Origin: Mobula hypostoma
Taxonomy: Eukaryota
Assembly (NCBI RefSeq): GCF_963921235.1
Contig: NC_086100.1
Coordinates: 203,300,001-203,364,000, forward strand
DNA length: 64,000 nt
Direction of reading: 5' to 3'
The translations under genes and the position numbers were made by a program. Below, piece after piece: positions 13,401-25,774 of this stretch. A model generated the notes under the pieces. The model ran no database searches, was not told where the DNA came from, and saw nothing but the letters and a program-made list of their open reading frames with translations. Numbering within the stretch: position 1 is the stretch's first letter; each line of letters opens with the position of its first letter.

Positions 13401-13990
13401 ACACACTACAATATCTGGCACACGGCTAGTGTCTTCCACAGTGCAGACTGATGCAAAATACTCATTTAGTTCCTTTACCATTCATTTGTCTCCCGTTAAT
13501 ATTTCACCTGCCTGATTTTCTGGCGGTTCCATATCCAGGTACATTTCTCTTGTATGTTTTATATACTGGAGAAAGATTTTACTAATCAGTTTGATATTAT
13601 TTTCTGGCTTGCATTCATATTTCCTGTTTTGCCTTCTAATCATCCTTTTAATTGCTCTCTGTTTTTTTTTAAATTTCCCAACCCTCTATCTTCCCAATAA
13701 TTTTTGTTCTGTTGTGTGCTCTCTCTTTTATTTTTACCTTCACTTTGATTTTCTTTGTCAGCCGCCGTTGTAATATTTTGCCATTTGAGTGTTTCTTCAT
13801 TTTTGGAATACACATGTCCTGCACCTTCCTCATTTTTTCCCAGAAATGCACACCATTGCTGCTTCGCTGACATCCCTGCCAGCAGCTCCTTCCAATTTAA
13901 ATTGGCCTGTTTCCCTTATTCTACTGAAATACTGCCACTTCAGACTTTACTTTGTCCCTCTCAAATTTAAAGTTGAACTCAGTCGCTTTA
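10415..13990 (-). mobile_element. Old CR1 ORF2, split by a younger CR1 at 11397-12750
   Basis: Decayed RT continuous across the insertion (…ctactggtca / cgcagcc…); KSSGPDKLH and LNEYFASV peptides; 3' tail near 10415. Confidence 0.8.
11397..12750 (-). mobile_element. CR1 family C, 5'-truncated
   Basis: RT ORF 11498..12508 (FADD); (ACATAGAA)n tail on the + strand. Confidence 0.95.
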
Positions 13991-14261
13991 GCTGTGGCTA
14001 TGTATTTTGCAAAGAGTCCACTAAATAGCTTGCAACAATCTATATGGGCCGTGTCGGATTCTGCGGGGCAGCATTTGGAACGGAAAGTTAAGCAACCCTC
14101 AGACCCATTCGGACTTTGGTGGCTGGAGGGTAAAGGCAGCATTGACATCAGGCCAGTCCGCGATTGATACGGAGGAAAGTAATCCTGGAAACACTTGCGT
14201 TCGCATGATTTGTCAACTGTCAAATTGCCCGAGGCCGAGTTAAGAATGTGACACAGATATT

Positions 14262-16256
14262 AGAAACATAGAAACATAGAAAATAGGTGCAGGAGTAGGC
14301 CATTCGGCCCTTCGAGCCTGCACCGCCATTTATTATGATCATGGCTGATCATCCAACTCAGAACCCAGCCTTCCCTCCATACCCCCTGACCCCTGTAGCC
14401 ACAAGGGCCTTATCTAACTTCCTTTTAAACATAGCTAATGAACTGGCCTCAACAGTTTGCTGTGGCAGAGAATTCCACAGATTCACCACTCTCTGTGTGA
14501 AGAAGTTTTTCCTAACCTCGGTCCTAAAAGGCTTCCCCTCTATCCTCAAACTGTGACCCATCGTTCTAGACCTCCCCAACATCGGGAACAATCTTCCCGC
14601 ATCTAGCCTGTCCAATCCCTTTAGGATCTTATACGTTTCAATCAGATCCCCCCTCAATCTTCTAAATTCCAACGAGTACAAGCCCAGTTCATCCAGTCTT
14701 TCTTCATATGAATGACCTGCCATCCCAGGAATCAATCTGGTGAACCTTCTTTGTACTCCCTCTATGGCAAAGATGTCTTTCCTCAGATTAGGGGACCAAA
14801 ACTGCACACAATACTCCAGGTGTGGTCTCACCAAGGCCTTGTACAACTGCAGTAGTACCTGCCTGCTCCTGTACTCGAATCCTCTCGCTATAAATGCCAG
14901 CATACCGTTCGCCTTTTTCACCGCCTGCTGTACCTGCATGCCCACTTTCAATGACTGGTGTATAATGACACCCAGGTCTCGTTGCACCTCCCCTTTTCCT
15001 AATCGGCCACCATTCAGATAATAATCTGTTTTCCTATTTTTGCCACCAAAGTGGATAACTTCACATTTATCCACATTAAATTGCATCTGCCATCAGTTTG
15101 CCCACTCACCCAACCTATCCAAGTCACCCTGCATCCTCTTAGCATCCTCCTCACTGCTAACACTGCCACCCAGCTTCGTGTCATCCGCAAACTTGGAGAT
15201 GCTGCATTTAATTCCCTCATCCAAGTCATTAATATATATTGTAAACAACTGGGGTCCCAGCACTGAGCCTTGCGGTACCCCACTAGTCACCGCCTGCCAT
15301 TCTGAAAAGGTCCCGTTTATTCCCACTCTTTGCTTCCTGTCTGCTAACCAATTCTCCACCCACACCAATACCTTACCCCCAATACCGTGTGCTTTAAGTT
15401 TGCACACTAATCTCCTGTGTGGGACCTTGTCAAAAGCCTTTTGAAAATCCAAATATACCACATCCACTGGTTCTCCCCTATCCACTCTACTAGTTACATC
15501 CTCAAAAAATTCTATGAGATTCGTCAGACATGATTTTCCTTTCACAAATCCATGCTGACTTTGTCCGATCATTTCACCGCTTTCCAAATGTGCTGTTATC
15601 ACATCCTTGATAACTGACTCCAGCAGTTTCCCCACCACCGACGTTAGGCTAACCGGCCTATAATTCCCCGGTTTCTCTCTCCCTCCTTTTTTAAAAAGTG
15701 GGGTTACATTAGCCACCCTCCAATCCTCAGGAACTAGTCCAGAATCTAACGAGTTTTGAAAAATTATCACTAATGCATCCACTATTTCTTGGGCCACTTC
15801 CTTAAGCACTCTGGGATGCAGACCATCTGGCCCTGGGGATTTATCTGCCTTCAATCCCTTCAATTTACCTAACACCACTTCCCTACTAACATGTATTTCG
15901 CTCAGTTCCTCCATCTCACTGAACCCTCTGTCCCTTACTATTTCTGGAAGATTATTTATGTCCTCCTTAGTGAAGACAGAACCAAAGTAATTATTCAATT
16001 GGTCTGCCATGTCCTTGCTCCCCATAATCAATTCACCTGTTTCTGTTTGCAGGGGACCTACATTTGTCTTTATCAGTCTTTTCCTTTTTACATATCTATA
16101 AAAGCTTTTACAGTCCGTTTTTATGTTCTCTGCCAGTTTTCTCTCATAATCTTTTTTCCCCTTCCTAATTAAGCCCTTTGTCCTCCTCTGCTGAACTCTG
16201 AATTTCTCCCAGTCCTCAGGTGAGCCACTTTCTCTGGCTAATTTGTATGCTACTTC
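14262..16256 (-). mobile_element. CR1 family C, 5'-truncated, GGKAGF subfamily, RT stop codon
   Basis: ORFs 15093..16277 and 14358..15086 are in one frame separated by TGA; tail repeat present. Confidence 0.95.
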
Positions 16257-16699
16257 CAATATACTACTGCCAAGCAAATATGAAAGGAGGAAACTGGGAA
16301 CTACAGAATTGTGAGATATGCTAAGTTGTGATAAACAACAATAGAAGATTCAGTCAAATAAAATGTTTGGCCAAAAGCACCAGGTGTTTGTCGGGGAAGT
16401 GGAGTTCACTGTATTGATACATGTCAACGTTGTTTTGATTAACCGTAAGCGTCATTTAGGTGCGCCTGGACGAGGGGTGGATGGCGTCATATAACAAACG
16501 AATCTTGGTTTTCTTTTCCCTATTCAATTCGGGAAGTTTCTGGAAATTTTGGCAGCTAAGCGATACAATGGACCCTGTGTTACCAGTGAGAGAGTGAATT
16601 GAGTTGAGTTAGTTGAAGATTTCACTACAGCAGTGAGCGTTCCCGGTATTTCTCCGTGTCCAGAAGATTGTGATAATTCGTGGCACACAGTGCATATTG

Positions 16700-17100
16700 A
16701 ATACGTGACTCTCACTTTGTATGATCCATAATCAGTATTCTGGAGTATTCTGTGGCGACCACTTTTTGTTAATCCATACATGGATTCGGGTGTGTTACGT
16801 GGCGACAACTTGCCTTAAGGAATATTCCGTGACCGTCACCTTGTGATATCCCTACGTGGATTTTGGAACTTAGGCGTCACTTTGTTATCCCTGCATGGAC
16901 TCTAGTATTTAAGTGACGACCACTCGGCTTCTGGAATCTTCTGTGACTGTCACGTCGTTAGCCCTGCGTGGATCCAGTGTGTTACATGACGATCAATTGT
17001 CCTCTGGAATTTTCCGTGATCGTCACCTTGTGTTATCTTAATATGGACTTATGAACCCTTCCTCACAGATCTGTTTCCATGGATTCCGGAACCTTCTGGA
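16700..17100. repeat. Degenerate minisatellite-like array, possibly inside an old LTR
   Basis: Recurring ctggaat..cgtgac.gtcac.ttgt..atccct.cgtgga motif in units of roughly 40-77 bp. Confidence 0.55.
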
Positions 17101-18165
17101 TTGCCATCCTAGGACTCAGTTTGAGTAAGACTTGGAAGGAACTGTTTCCAGATCTCCACAGTTTGTGAGCTCAGATGCATTGCACGGTTAATTTTTGCTC
17201 AGGGTTTAATTGTTTTAATTGTCTATGTTGTGGGTAGATATTGAAAGTATATTTGTTTAACATTAAAATCTGTGTCTGTGGCGTATTGCTGCTGGCACGT
17301 AACAGTATCCTCTGGAATACATTTGTGTTCAAGGATAACATATAATGATAAACCAATTTCAGGGTGTACATTGTATGCATTTCTCTGACATTAAATATAC
17401 CTCTTTATTATTCGTGATTTTACTTGCGTAACATAGTTGAGGGGTTTCCTTTCATCCTGGATTTAACGACAGGAAATAAATAAGTTCGACGAGTTTGGAT
17501 AACAGCATAAACATCCCATGTTGTGAATGTGTTATTCTCGAAGGTAAATAGTCGCCAATGAAAGAATTCAGCGCTCAGTACCTTCCATCAGCCATTTCTA
17601 TACCCATGTAACAGCTCCCATCCTGCCCAGGACACACAAAAGAAATTAAAAAGCACGAAGTACATTAAACGGGGAATATGCTCATGTGCTTCTGAGCTGT
17701 TAGTAAGGTAAAAACAGTCTCTAACTGAATATGCAGATCAGTTCAATCACGAAGAAATGTGAGTTAATCATTTTGACTTTCAACCGATATAAGTGTGCTA
17801 ACCTTGGGGAAAAAGGTGCAGTGTGCTACAGTACCCCATACACATTGGTCTACTGGTTTCGGCAGCGCAATTGTATTTTCGTCCTCTGTGGGAGAGTATT
17901 TGTGTACGGAGCGAAATCGTCTTCCTGCAATTGCACTGCACACATTGAAAAAGTTTTTGAAGTACCCGGTGTCCTAACTCGGAAGAATGGAGGAAACGCC
18001 ACGCAGGTCATGAGCAAGTAGCCTACGAATTTACTAGGCTGTTTCCTGGAATGGCGGAGGCATTTTCTGAGGAAAGACAGGTTCAATCCTTGATGGATAA
18101 GTTAGACAGGATAACACAGGCAGTTCAACTCTGCATTTCAGATTTGTTGAATAATTTTGATCAAG

Positions 18166-18963
18166 TTTGGTGGCAAAAATAGGAAAACAGATTATTATCT
18201 GAATGGTGGCCGATTAGGAAAAGGGGAGGTGCAACGAGACCTGGGTGTCATTATACACCAGTCATTGAAAGTGGGCATGCAGGTACAGCAGGCGGTGAAA
18301 AGGGCGAACGGTATGCTGGCATTTATAGCGAGAGGATTCGAGTACAGGAGCAGGGAGGTACTACTGCAGTTGTACAAGGCCTTGGTGAGACCACACCTGG
18401 AGTATTGTGTGCAGTTTTGGTCCCCTAATCTGAGGAAAGACATCTTTGCCATAGAGGGAGTACAAAGAAGGTTCAGCAGATTGATTCCTGGGATGGCAGG
18501 ACTTTCATATGAAGAAAGACTGGATGAATTGGGCTTGTACTCGTTGGAATTTAGAAGATTGAGGGGGGATCTGATTGAAACGTATAAGATCCTAAAGGGA
18601 TTGGACAGGCTAGATGCAGCAAGATTGTTTCCGATGTTGGGGAAGTCCAGAACGAGGGGTCACAGTTTGAGGATAGAGGGGAAGCCTTTTAGGACCGAGA
18701 TTAGGAAAAACTTCTTCACACAGAGAGTGGTGAATCTGTGGAATTCTCTGCCACAGGAAACTGTTGAGGCCAGTTCATTGGCTATATTTAAGAGGGAGTT
18801 AGATATGGCCCTTGTGGCTACGGGGGTCAGAGGGTATGGAGGGAAGGCTGGGGCGGGGTTCTGAGTTGGATGATCAGCCATGATCATAATAAATGGCGGT
18901 GCAGGCTCGAAGGGCCGAATGGCCTACTCCTGCACCTATTTTCTATGTTTCTATGTTTCTATG
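18166..18963 (+). mobile_element. CR1 family C, 3' fragment
   Basis: ORF 18157..18864 is the RT C-terminus; (TTCTATGT)n tail. Confidence 0.95.
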
Positions 18964-19879
18964 TAACACCGTAATGAGGTAATTCTCCGATGTATTTTTT
19001 TCGCCTACAGATAAAAAGAAAGATATTACTGTTGGTAATCTGAATTAGTTGTTGTGCGAATTTATCCTGATTATTTAGGGTTATAAACAAAGATGATGTT
19101 TCATAATTAATATATATACCCTCCATACCACAGCTCTGTCTGAATTTAGGAATATTCATGCTGTTCATGCTGAAGCATACTGTCCTTGATCTGCTCTGCG
19201 TGTTCACTCATTCTTCGGTCAACACTGAGTGAAAGATCTGTTCGGTTCAGCAGGTATATTTAAATCTGATCTTGTTAGATTCATGATTTGTCGGGACATA
19301 AAGGGATATGTTGACAGGGCAGGTATATGGGTTTGAATGCCATCCTGGATCAGCCATGAAAGAGCGCAGCGGACTTGCGGGGCTGAATGGTCTAATTTTG
19401 CTCCTGTGTTATGGTCTTATGCCCCCTTGGGGTCTTCTGAGGACGTCACCTATTCCTGAATGTATCCCGGTAAATTTGCTCTGTACCAACTCTAAAGCTT
19501 CCAAATTCTTCCCATAATAAATTCTACCAATGTTCCACTAACATCGCCAACGCTAAGTCCTTTGCCCTAGTTTCCCATAAGAACTAAGCTAATAATGCAA
19601 ACTTCGGTGAACGTAGGAGCATACCAATGCCATCGCGACTTATTATATTTACCGTGAAATGGGACAAGACATCTGACGAGTTCAGGGAACATCTGTGCCC
19701 TGCAATATTTAGATTTGGGATTTAACATGTTCACAAAATATAATTTTCTAGAATAATATAGTGAATGTGGGCAACGGACTGAGAGGCAGTAGAGACACGT
19801 GAAACCAACGTTTACCAAAGGTTTGGGAGGTTAAATGGATTGAAACGTCAGCAAAAGAAATTTGCGTTCTCGTTGAGTG

Positions 19880-20120
19880 TTTATGGTCTTCCCACAACAA
19901 TGACGAATTTTGACGAATGTTCTACGGCAGTGGTTTGCAACTGCCTTCCTCTGGGCAGTGTTTTTACAAGACAGGAGACCCCAGCTGTTATCAATACGCT
20001 TCAGAGAGTGTTTCCCTGTGGCCGTGACGTCAGTGGTCGCGTAACCAGGGCATGCGATAGCACCAGCATCCTCTGCTGCTCCGATGACGACACATCATGA
20101 TCGGAGGTGGGGGGGACGCT
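19880..20120 (-). mobile_element. Decayed SINE-like repeat
   Basis: Reverse complement contains gaaggcagttgcaaaccactgc, matching the gaaggcaatggcaaaccactgc block of the SINE at ~63145. Confidence 0.4.
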
Positions 20121-20179
20121 CCATGGGTCATCAGCAGGCTAGCGAGGAGAGAGTGGTGGTGTGGAGGTCTCTGCTCTTT

Positions 20180-23100
20180 ACACATCTGCCAGAAGTGCAT
20201 ACGGCTGGGCGATCTGGAAGACCGTGTAAGGAATCTGGAGCAGCAGCTGGATGACCTTCGAAGGGAGAATGAGGCAGTCATAGATGAGAGCTACCGGGAG
20301 ATAGTCACACCTAGGCTGTCGGAAGCAGGTCGTTGGGTGACAGTCAGAGGGGGGAAAGCGAAGGGGAGCAGACAGGTAGTGCAGAGCACCCCTGTAGCCA
20401 TTCCCCTGAATAATAAGTTTACCGTCCTGGATACTGTTGGCCGGGACGACCGACCAGGTGTGAGCCACGGTGGCAAGGCCTCCGGCACTGAGTCTGACCC
20501 TGTGGTGCAGAAGGGTGGGACGGAGAAGAGGAGAGCTGTCGTCATTGGAGACTCTACAGTCAGGGGAGCAGACAGGAGATTTTGTGGACGTGAGAAGGAC
20601 ACCCGCGTGGTTTGTTGGCTCCCGGGTGCCAGGGTCCGGATATCTCTGACCGGGTGCACGACATCCTGGTACGAGAGGGAAAGAAACCAGAAGTCGTGAT
20701 ACATGTTGGGACCAACGACATAGGCAGGAAGACGGATGAGGTCCTGAAGTGTGAGTTTCGGGAATTAGGCAGAAGGGTGAAGAACAGGACCTCAAGGGTG
20801 ACATTCTCAGGATTGCTGCCAGTGCTACGTGACAGAGATGGTAAGAATTGGAGGAGATGGCAGTTGAATGCGTGGCTGAGGAGTTGGTGCAGGGAGCAGG
20901 GTTTTAGACTTTTAGATCATTGAGAACTCTTCTGGGGAAGGTGGGACCTGTACAGATTGGATGGGTTGCACCTGAACTCGAGGGGGAGCAATATCCTTGC
21001 AGGTAGATTTGCGAGCATGGTTCGGGAGGGTTTAAATTAATTTGCAAGGGGGATGGGACCCAGAGTGATAGAGCAATGAAAGAAGTGCATGGAGTAAAGC
21101 CAGATCGAACATACAGAGAGGCTTTGAGGAAAGAGAAGCAGAATAAACGGTGTTAAGACAGTAAGGTAGAAGGGCTGAAATGTGTGTACCTCAATGCAAG
21201 AAGCATCAGGAACAAAGGTGATGAACTGAGAGCTTGGATACATACATGGAATTATGATGTAGTGGCCATGAGCGAAATACATGTTAGTAGGGAAGTGGTG
21301 TTAGGTAAATTGAAGGGATTGAAGGCAGATAAATCCCCAGGGCCAGATGGTCTGCATCCCAGAGTGCTTAAGGAAGTAGCCCAAGAGATAGTGGATGCAT
21401 TAGTGATAATTTTTCAAAACTCGTTAGATTCTGGACTAGTTCCTGAGGATTGGAGGGTGGCTAATGTAACCCCACTTTTTAAAAAAGGAGGGAGAGAGAA
21501 ACCGGGGAATTATAGGCCCGTTAGCCTAACGTCGGTGGTGGGGAAACTGCTGGAGTCAGTTATCAAGGATGTGATAACAGCACATTTGGAAAGCGGTGAA
21601 ATGATCGGACAAAGTCAGCATGGATTTGTGAAAGGAAAATCATGTCTGACGAATCTGATAGAATTTTTTGGGGATGTAACTAGTAGAGTGGATAGGGGAG
21701 AACCAGTGGATGTGGTATATTTGGATTTTCAAAAGGCTTTTGACAAGGTCCCACACAGGAGATTAGTGTGCAAACGTAAAGCACACGGTATTGGGGGTAA
21801 GGTATTGGTGTGGGTGGAGAATTGGTTAGCAGACAGGAAGCAAAGAGTGGGAATAAACGGGACCTTTTCAGAATGGCAGGCGGTGACTAGTGGGGTACCG
21901 CAAGGCTCAGTGCTGGGACCCCAGTTGTTTACAATATATATTAATGACTTGGATGAGGGAATTAAATGCAGCATCTCCAAGTTTGCGGATGACACGAAGC
22001 TGGGTGGCAGTGTTAGCAGTGAGGAGGATGCTAAGAGGATGCAGGGTGACTTGGATAGGTTGGGTGAGTGGGCAAACTGATGGCAGATACAATTTAATGT
22101 GGATAAATGTGAAGTTATCCACTTTGGTGGCAAAAATAGGAAAACAGATTATTATCTGAATGGTGGCCGATTAGGAAAAGGGGAGGTGCAACGAGACCTG
22201 GGTGTCATTATACACCAGTCATTGAAAGTGGGCATGCAGGTACAGCAGGCGGTGAAAAAGGCGAACGGTATGCTGGCATTTATAGCGAGAGGATTCGAGT
22301 ACAGGAGCAGGGAGCTACTACTGCAGTTGTACAAGGCCTTGGTGAGACCACACCTGGAGTATTGTGTGCAGTTTTGGTCCCCTAATCTGAGGAAAGACAT
22401 CTTTGCCATAGAGGGAGTACAAAGAAGGTTCACCAGATTCCTGGGATGGCAGGTCTTTCATATGAAGAAAGACTGGATGAACTGGGCTTGTACTCGTTGG
22501 AATTTAGAAGATTGAGGGGGGATCTGATTGAAACGTATAAGATCCTAAAGGGATTGGACAGGCTAGATGCGGGAAGATTGTTCCCGATGTTGGGGAGGTC
22601 CAGAACGAGGGGTCACAGTTTGAGGATAGAGGGGAAGCCTTTTAGGACCGAGATTAGGAAAAACTTCTTCACACAGAGAGTGGTGAATCTGTGGAATTCT
22701 CTGCCACAGCAAACTGTTGAGGCCAGTTCATTAGCTATGTTTAAAAGGAAGTTAGATATGGCCCTTGTGGCTACAGGGGTCAGGGGGTATGGAGGGAAGG
22801 CTGGGTTCTGAGTTGGATGATCAGCCATGGTCATAATAAATGGCGGTGCAGGCTCGAAGGGCCGAATGGCCTACTCCTGCACCTATTTTCTATGTTTCTA
22901 TGTTTCTATTACAGAGACTTGGCTGGCACCAGGGCAGGAGTGGATTTTCAATATTCCTGGATTTCAGTGCTTTAAAAGAGATAGAGAGGGCGGAAAAAGG
23001 GGAGGAGGGGTGGCATTACTGGTCAGGGATACTATCACAGCTACAGAAAGGGTGGGTAATGCAGCAGGATCCTCTTTTGAGTCGGTATGGGTGGAAGTCA

Positions 23101-25668
23101 GGAACAGGAAGGGAGCAGTTACTCTACTGGGTGTATTCTATAGGCCCCCTGGTAGCAGCAGAGATACAGAGGAGCAGATTGGGAGGCAGGTTTTGGAAAG
23201 GTGCAAAAATAACAGGGTTGTTATCATGAGTAACTTTAACTTCCCTAATATTGATTGGCACCTGATTAGTTCCAAGGGTTTAGATGGGGCAGAATTTGTT
23301 AGATGTGTTCAGGATTGATTCCTGTCACAGTATGTGGACAGGCCAACCAGAGGGAATGCCATACTAGATCTAGTACTAGGTAATGAACCGGGTCAGGTCA
23401 CAGATCTCTCAGTGGTTGAGCATCTGGGAGACAGTGGCCACCGCTCCCTGGCCTTTATAATTATCATCGAAAAGTATAGAATCAAAGAGGACAGGAAAAT
23501 TTTTAATTGGGGAAAGGCAAATTATGAGGCTATAAGGCTAGAACTTGCGGGTGTGAAATGGGATGATGTTTCTGCAGGGAAATGTACTATGGACATGTGG
23601 TCGATGTTTAGAGATCTCTTGCGGGTTGTAAGGGATAAATTTGTCCCGGTGAGGAAGATAAAGAATGGTAGGGTGAAGGAACCATGGGTGACAAGTGAGG
23701 TGGAAACACTAGTCAGGAGGAAGAAGGCAGCATACATGAGGTTTAGGAAGCAAGGGTCAGATGGGTCTATTGAGGAATATAGGGAAGCAAGAAAGGATCT
23801 TAAGAAGGGGCTGAGAAGAGCAAGAAGGGGGCATGAGAAGGCCTTGGCGAGTAGGGTAAAGGAAAACCCCAAGGCATTCTTCAATTATGTGAAGAAAAAA
23901 AGGATTACAGGAGTGAAGGTAGGACCGATTAGAGATAAAGGTGGGAAGATGTGCCTGGAGGCTGTGGAAGTGAGCGAGGTCCTCAATGAATACTTCTCTT
24001 CGGTATTCACCAATGAGAGGGAACTTGATGATGGTGAGGACAATATGAGTGAGGTTGATGTTCTGGAGCATGCTGATATTAAGGGAGAGGAGGTGTTGGA
24101 GTTGTTAAAATACATTAGGACAGATAAGTCCCCGGGGCCTTACGGAATATTCCCCAGGCTGCTCCACGAGGCGAGGGAAGAGATTGCTGAGCCTCTGGCT
24201 AGGATCTTTATGTCCTCGTTGTCCACGGGAATGGTACCGGAGGATTGGAGGGAGGCGAATGTTGTTCCCTTGTTCAAAAAAGGTAGTAGGGATAGTCCGG
24301 GTAATTATAGACCAGTGAGCCTTACGTCTGTGGTGTGAAAGCTGTTGGAAAAGATTCTTAGAGATAGGATCTATAGGCATTTAGAGAATCATGGTCTCAT
24401 CAGGGACAGTCAGCATGGCTTTGTGAAGGGCAGATCGTGTCTAACAAGCCTGATTGAGTTCTTTGAGGAGGTGACCAGACATATAGGTGAGGGTAGTGCA
24501 GTGGATGTGATCTATATGGATTTTAGTAAGGCATTTGACAAGGTTCCACAAGGTAGGCTTATTCAGAAAGTTAGAAGGCATGGGATCCAGGGAAGTTTGG
24601 CCAGGTGGATTCAGAATTGGCTTGCCTGCAGAAGGCAGAGGGTGGTGGTGGAGGGAGTACATTCAGATTGGAGGACTATGACATGTGGTGTCCCAGAAGG
24701 ATCTGTTCTGGGACCTCTACTTTTCGTGATTTTTATTAATGACCTGGATGTGGGGGTAGAAGAGTGTGTTGGCAAGTTTGCAGACAACACAAAGGTTGGT
24801 GGTGTTGTAGATAGTGTAGTGGATTGTCAAAGATTGCAGAGAGACATTGATAGGATGCAGAAGTGGGCTGAGAAGTGGCTGATGGAGTTCAACCCGGAGA
24901 AGTGTGAGGTGGTACACTTTAGAAGGACAAACTCCAAGGCAGAGTACAAAGTAAATGGCAGGACACTTGGTAGTGTGGTGGAGCAGAGGGATCTCGGGAT
25001 ACATGTCCACAGATCCCTGAAAGTTGCCTCACAGGTGTATATGGTAGTTAAGAAAGCTTATGGGGTGTTAGCTTTTATAAGTCGAGGGATAGAGTTTAAG
25101 AGTCGCGATGTAATGATGCAGCTCTATAAAACTCTGGTTAGGCCACACATGGAGTATTGTGTCCAGTTCTGGTCACCTCACTATAGGAAGGATGTGGAAG
25201 CATTGGAAAGGGTACAGAGGAGATTTACCAGGATGCTGCCTGGTTTAGAAAGTATGCATTATGATCAGAGATTAAGGGAGCTAGGGCTTTACTCTTTGGA
25301 GAGAAGGAGGATGAGAGGAGACATGATAGAGGTGTACAAGATAATAAGAGGAATTGATAGAGTGGATAGACAGCGCCTCTTCCCCAGGGCACCACTGCTC
25401 AATACAAGAGGGCATGGCTTTACGGTAAGGGGGATATTCGAGGAAGGTTTTTTACTCAGAGACTGGTTGGTGCATGGAATGCACTGCCTGAGTCAGTGGT
25501 GGAGGCAGATACACTAGTGAAGTTTAAGAGACTACTGGACAGGTATATGGAGGAATCTAAGGTGGGGGCTTATATGGGAGGCAGAGTTTGAGGGTCGGCA
25601 CAACATTGTGGGCCGAAGGGCCTGTACGGTGCTGTACTATTCTATGTTCTATGTTCTATGTTCTATGT
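20180..25668 (+). mobile_element. Near-complete CR1 family B (ORF1 + ORF2), interrupted by family C at 21269-22907
   Basis: ORF1 CxxC, coiled coil and SGNH motifs (20097..20923); APE resumes at ~22908 (ITETWL); RT at 23334-25517; (TTCTATG)n tail. Confidence 0.94.
21269..22907 (+). mobile_element. CR1 family C nested in family B APE, GGKAGF subfamily, RT stop codon
   Basis: Host reads gtagtggccat|...|attacagagacttgg across the insert; TGA at 22078-22080. Confidence 0.95.
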
Positions 25669-25774
25669 ACACCAACTTTGGTAGTGGTGTATCTTGATTC
25701 TGCCAAGAACGTGGAAAAGTATCTTTGCCATTAGGACGAGATGGGCCAATGTGCTGACTTAAGTGCTCTTAACC

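Noticed and set aside
15040..15444. Recurrent ORFs such as MPPKWITSHL..., MNLLCTPSMA... and MIMADHPTQN... found many times
   Set aside because: Antisense shadows of CR1 ORF2, repeated because the element is repeated.
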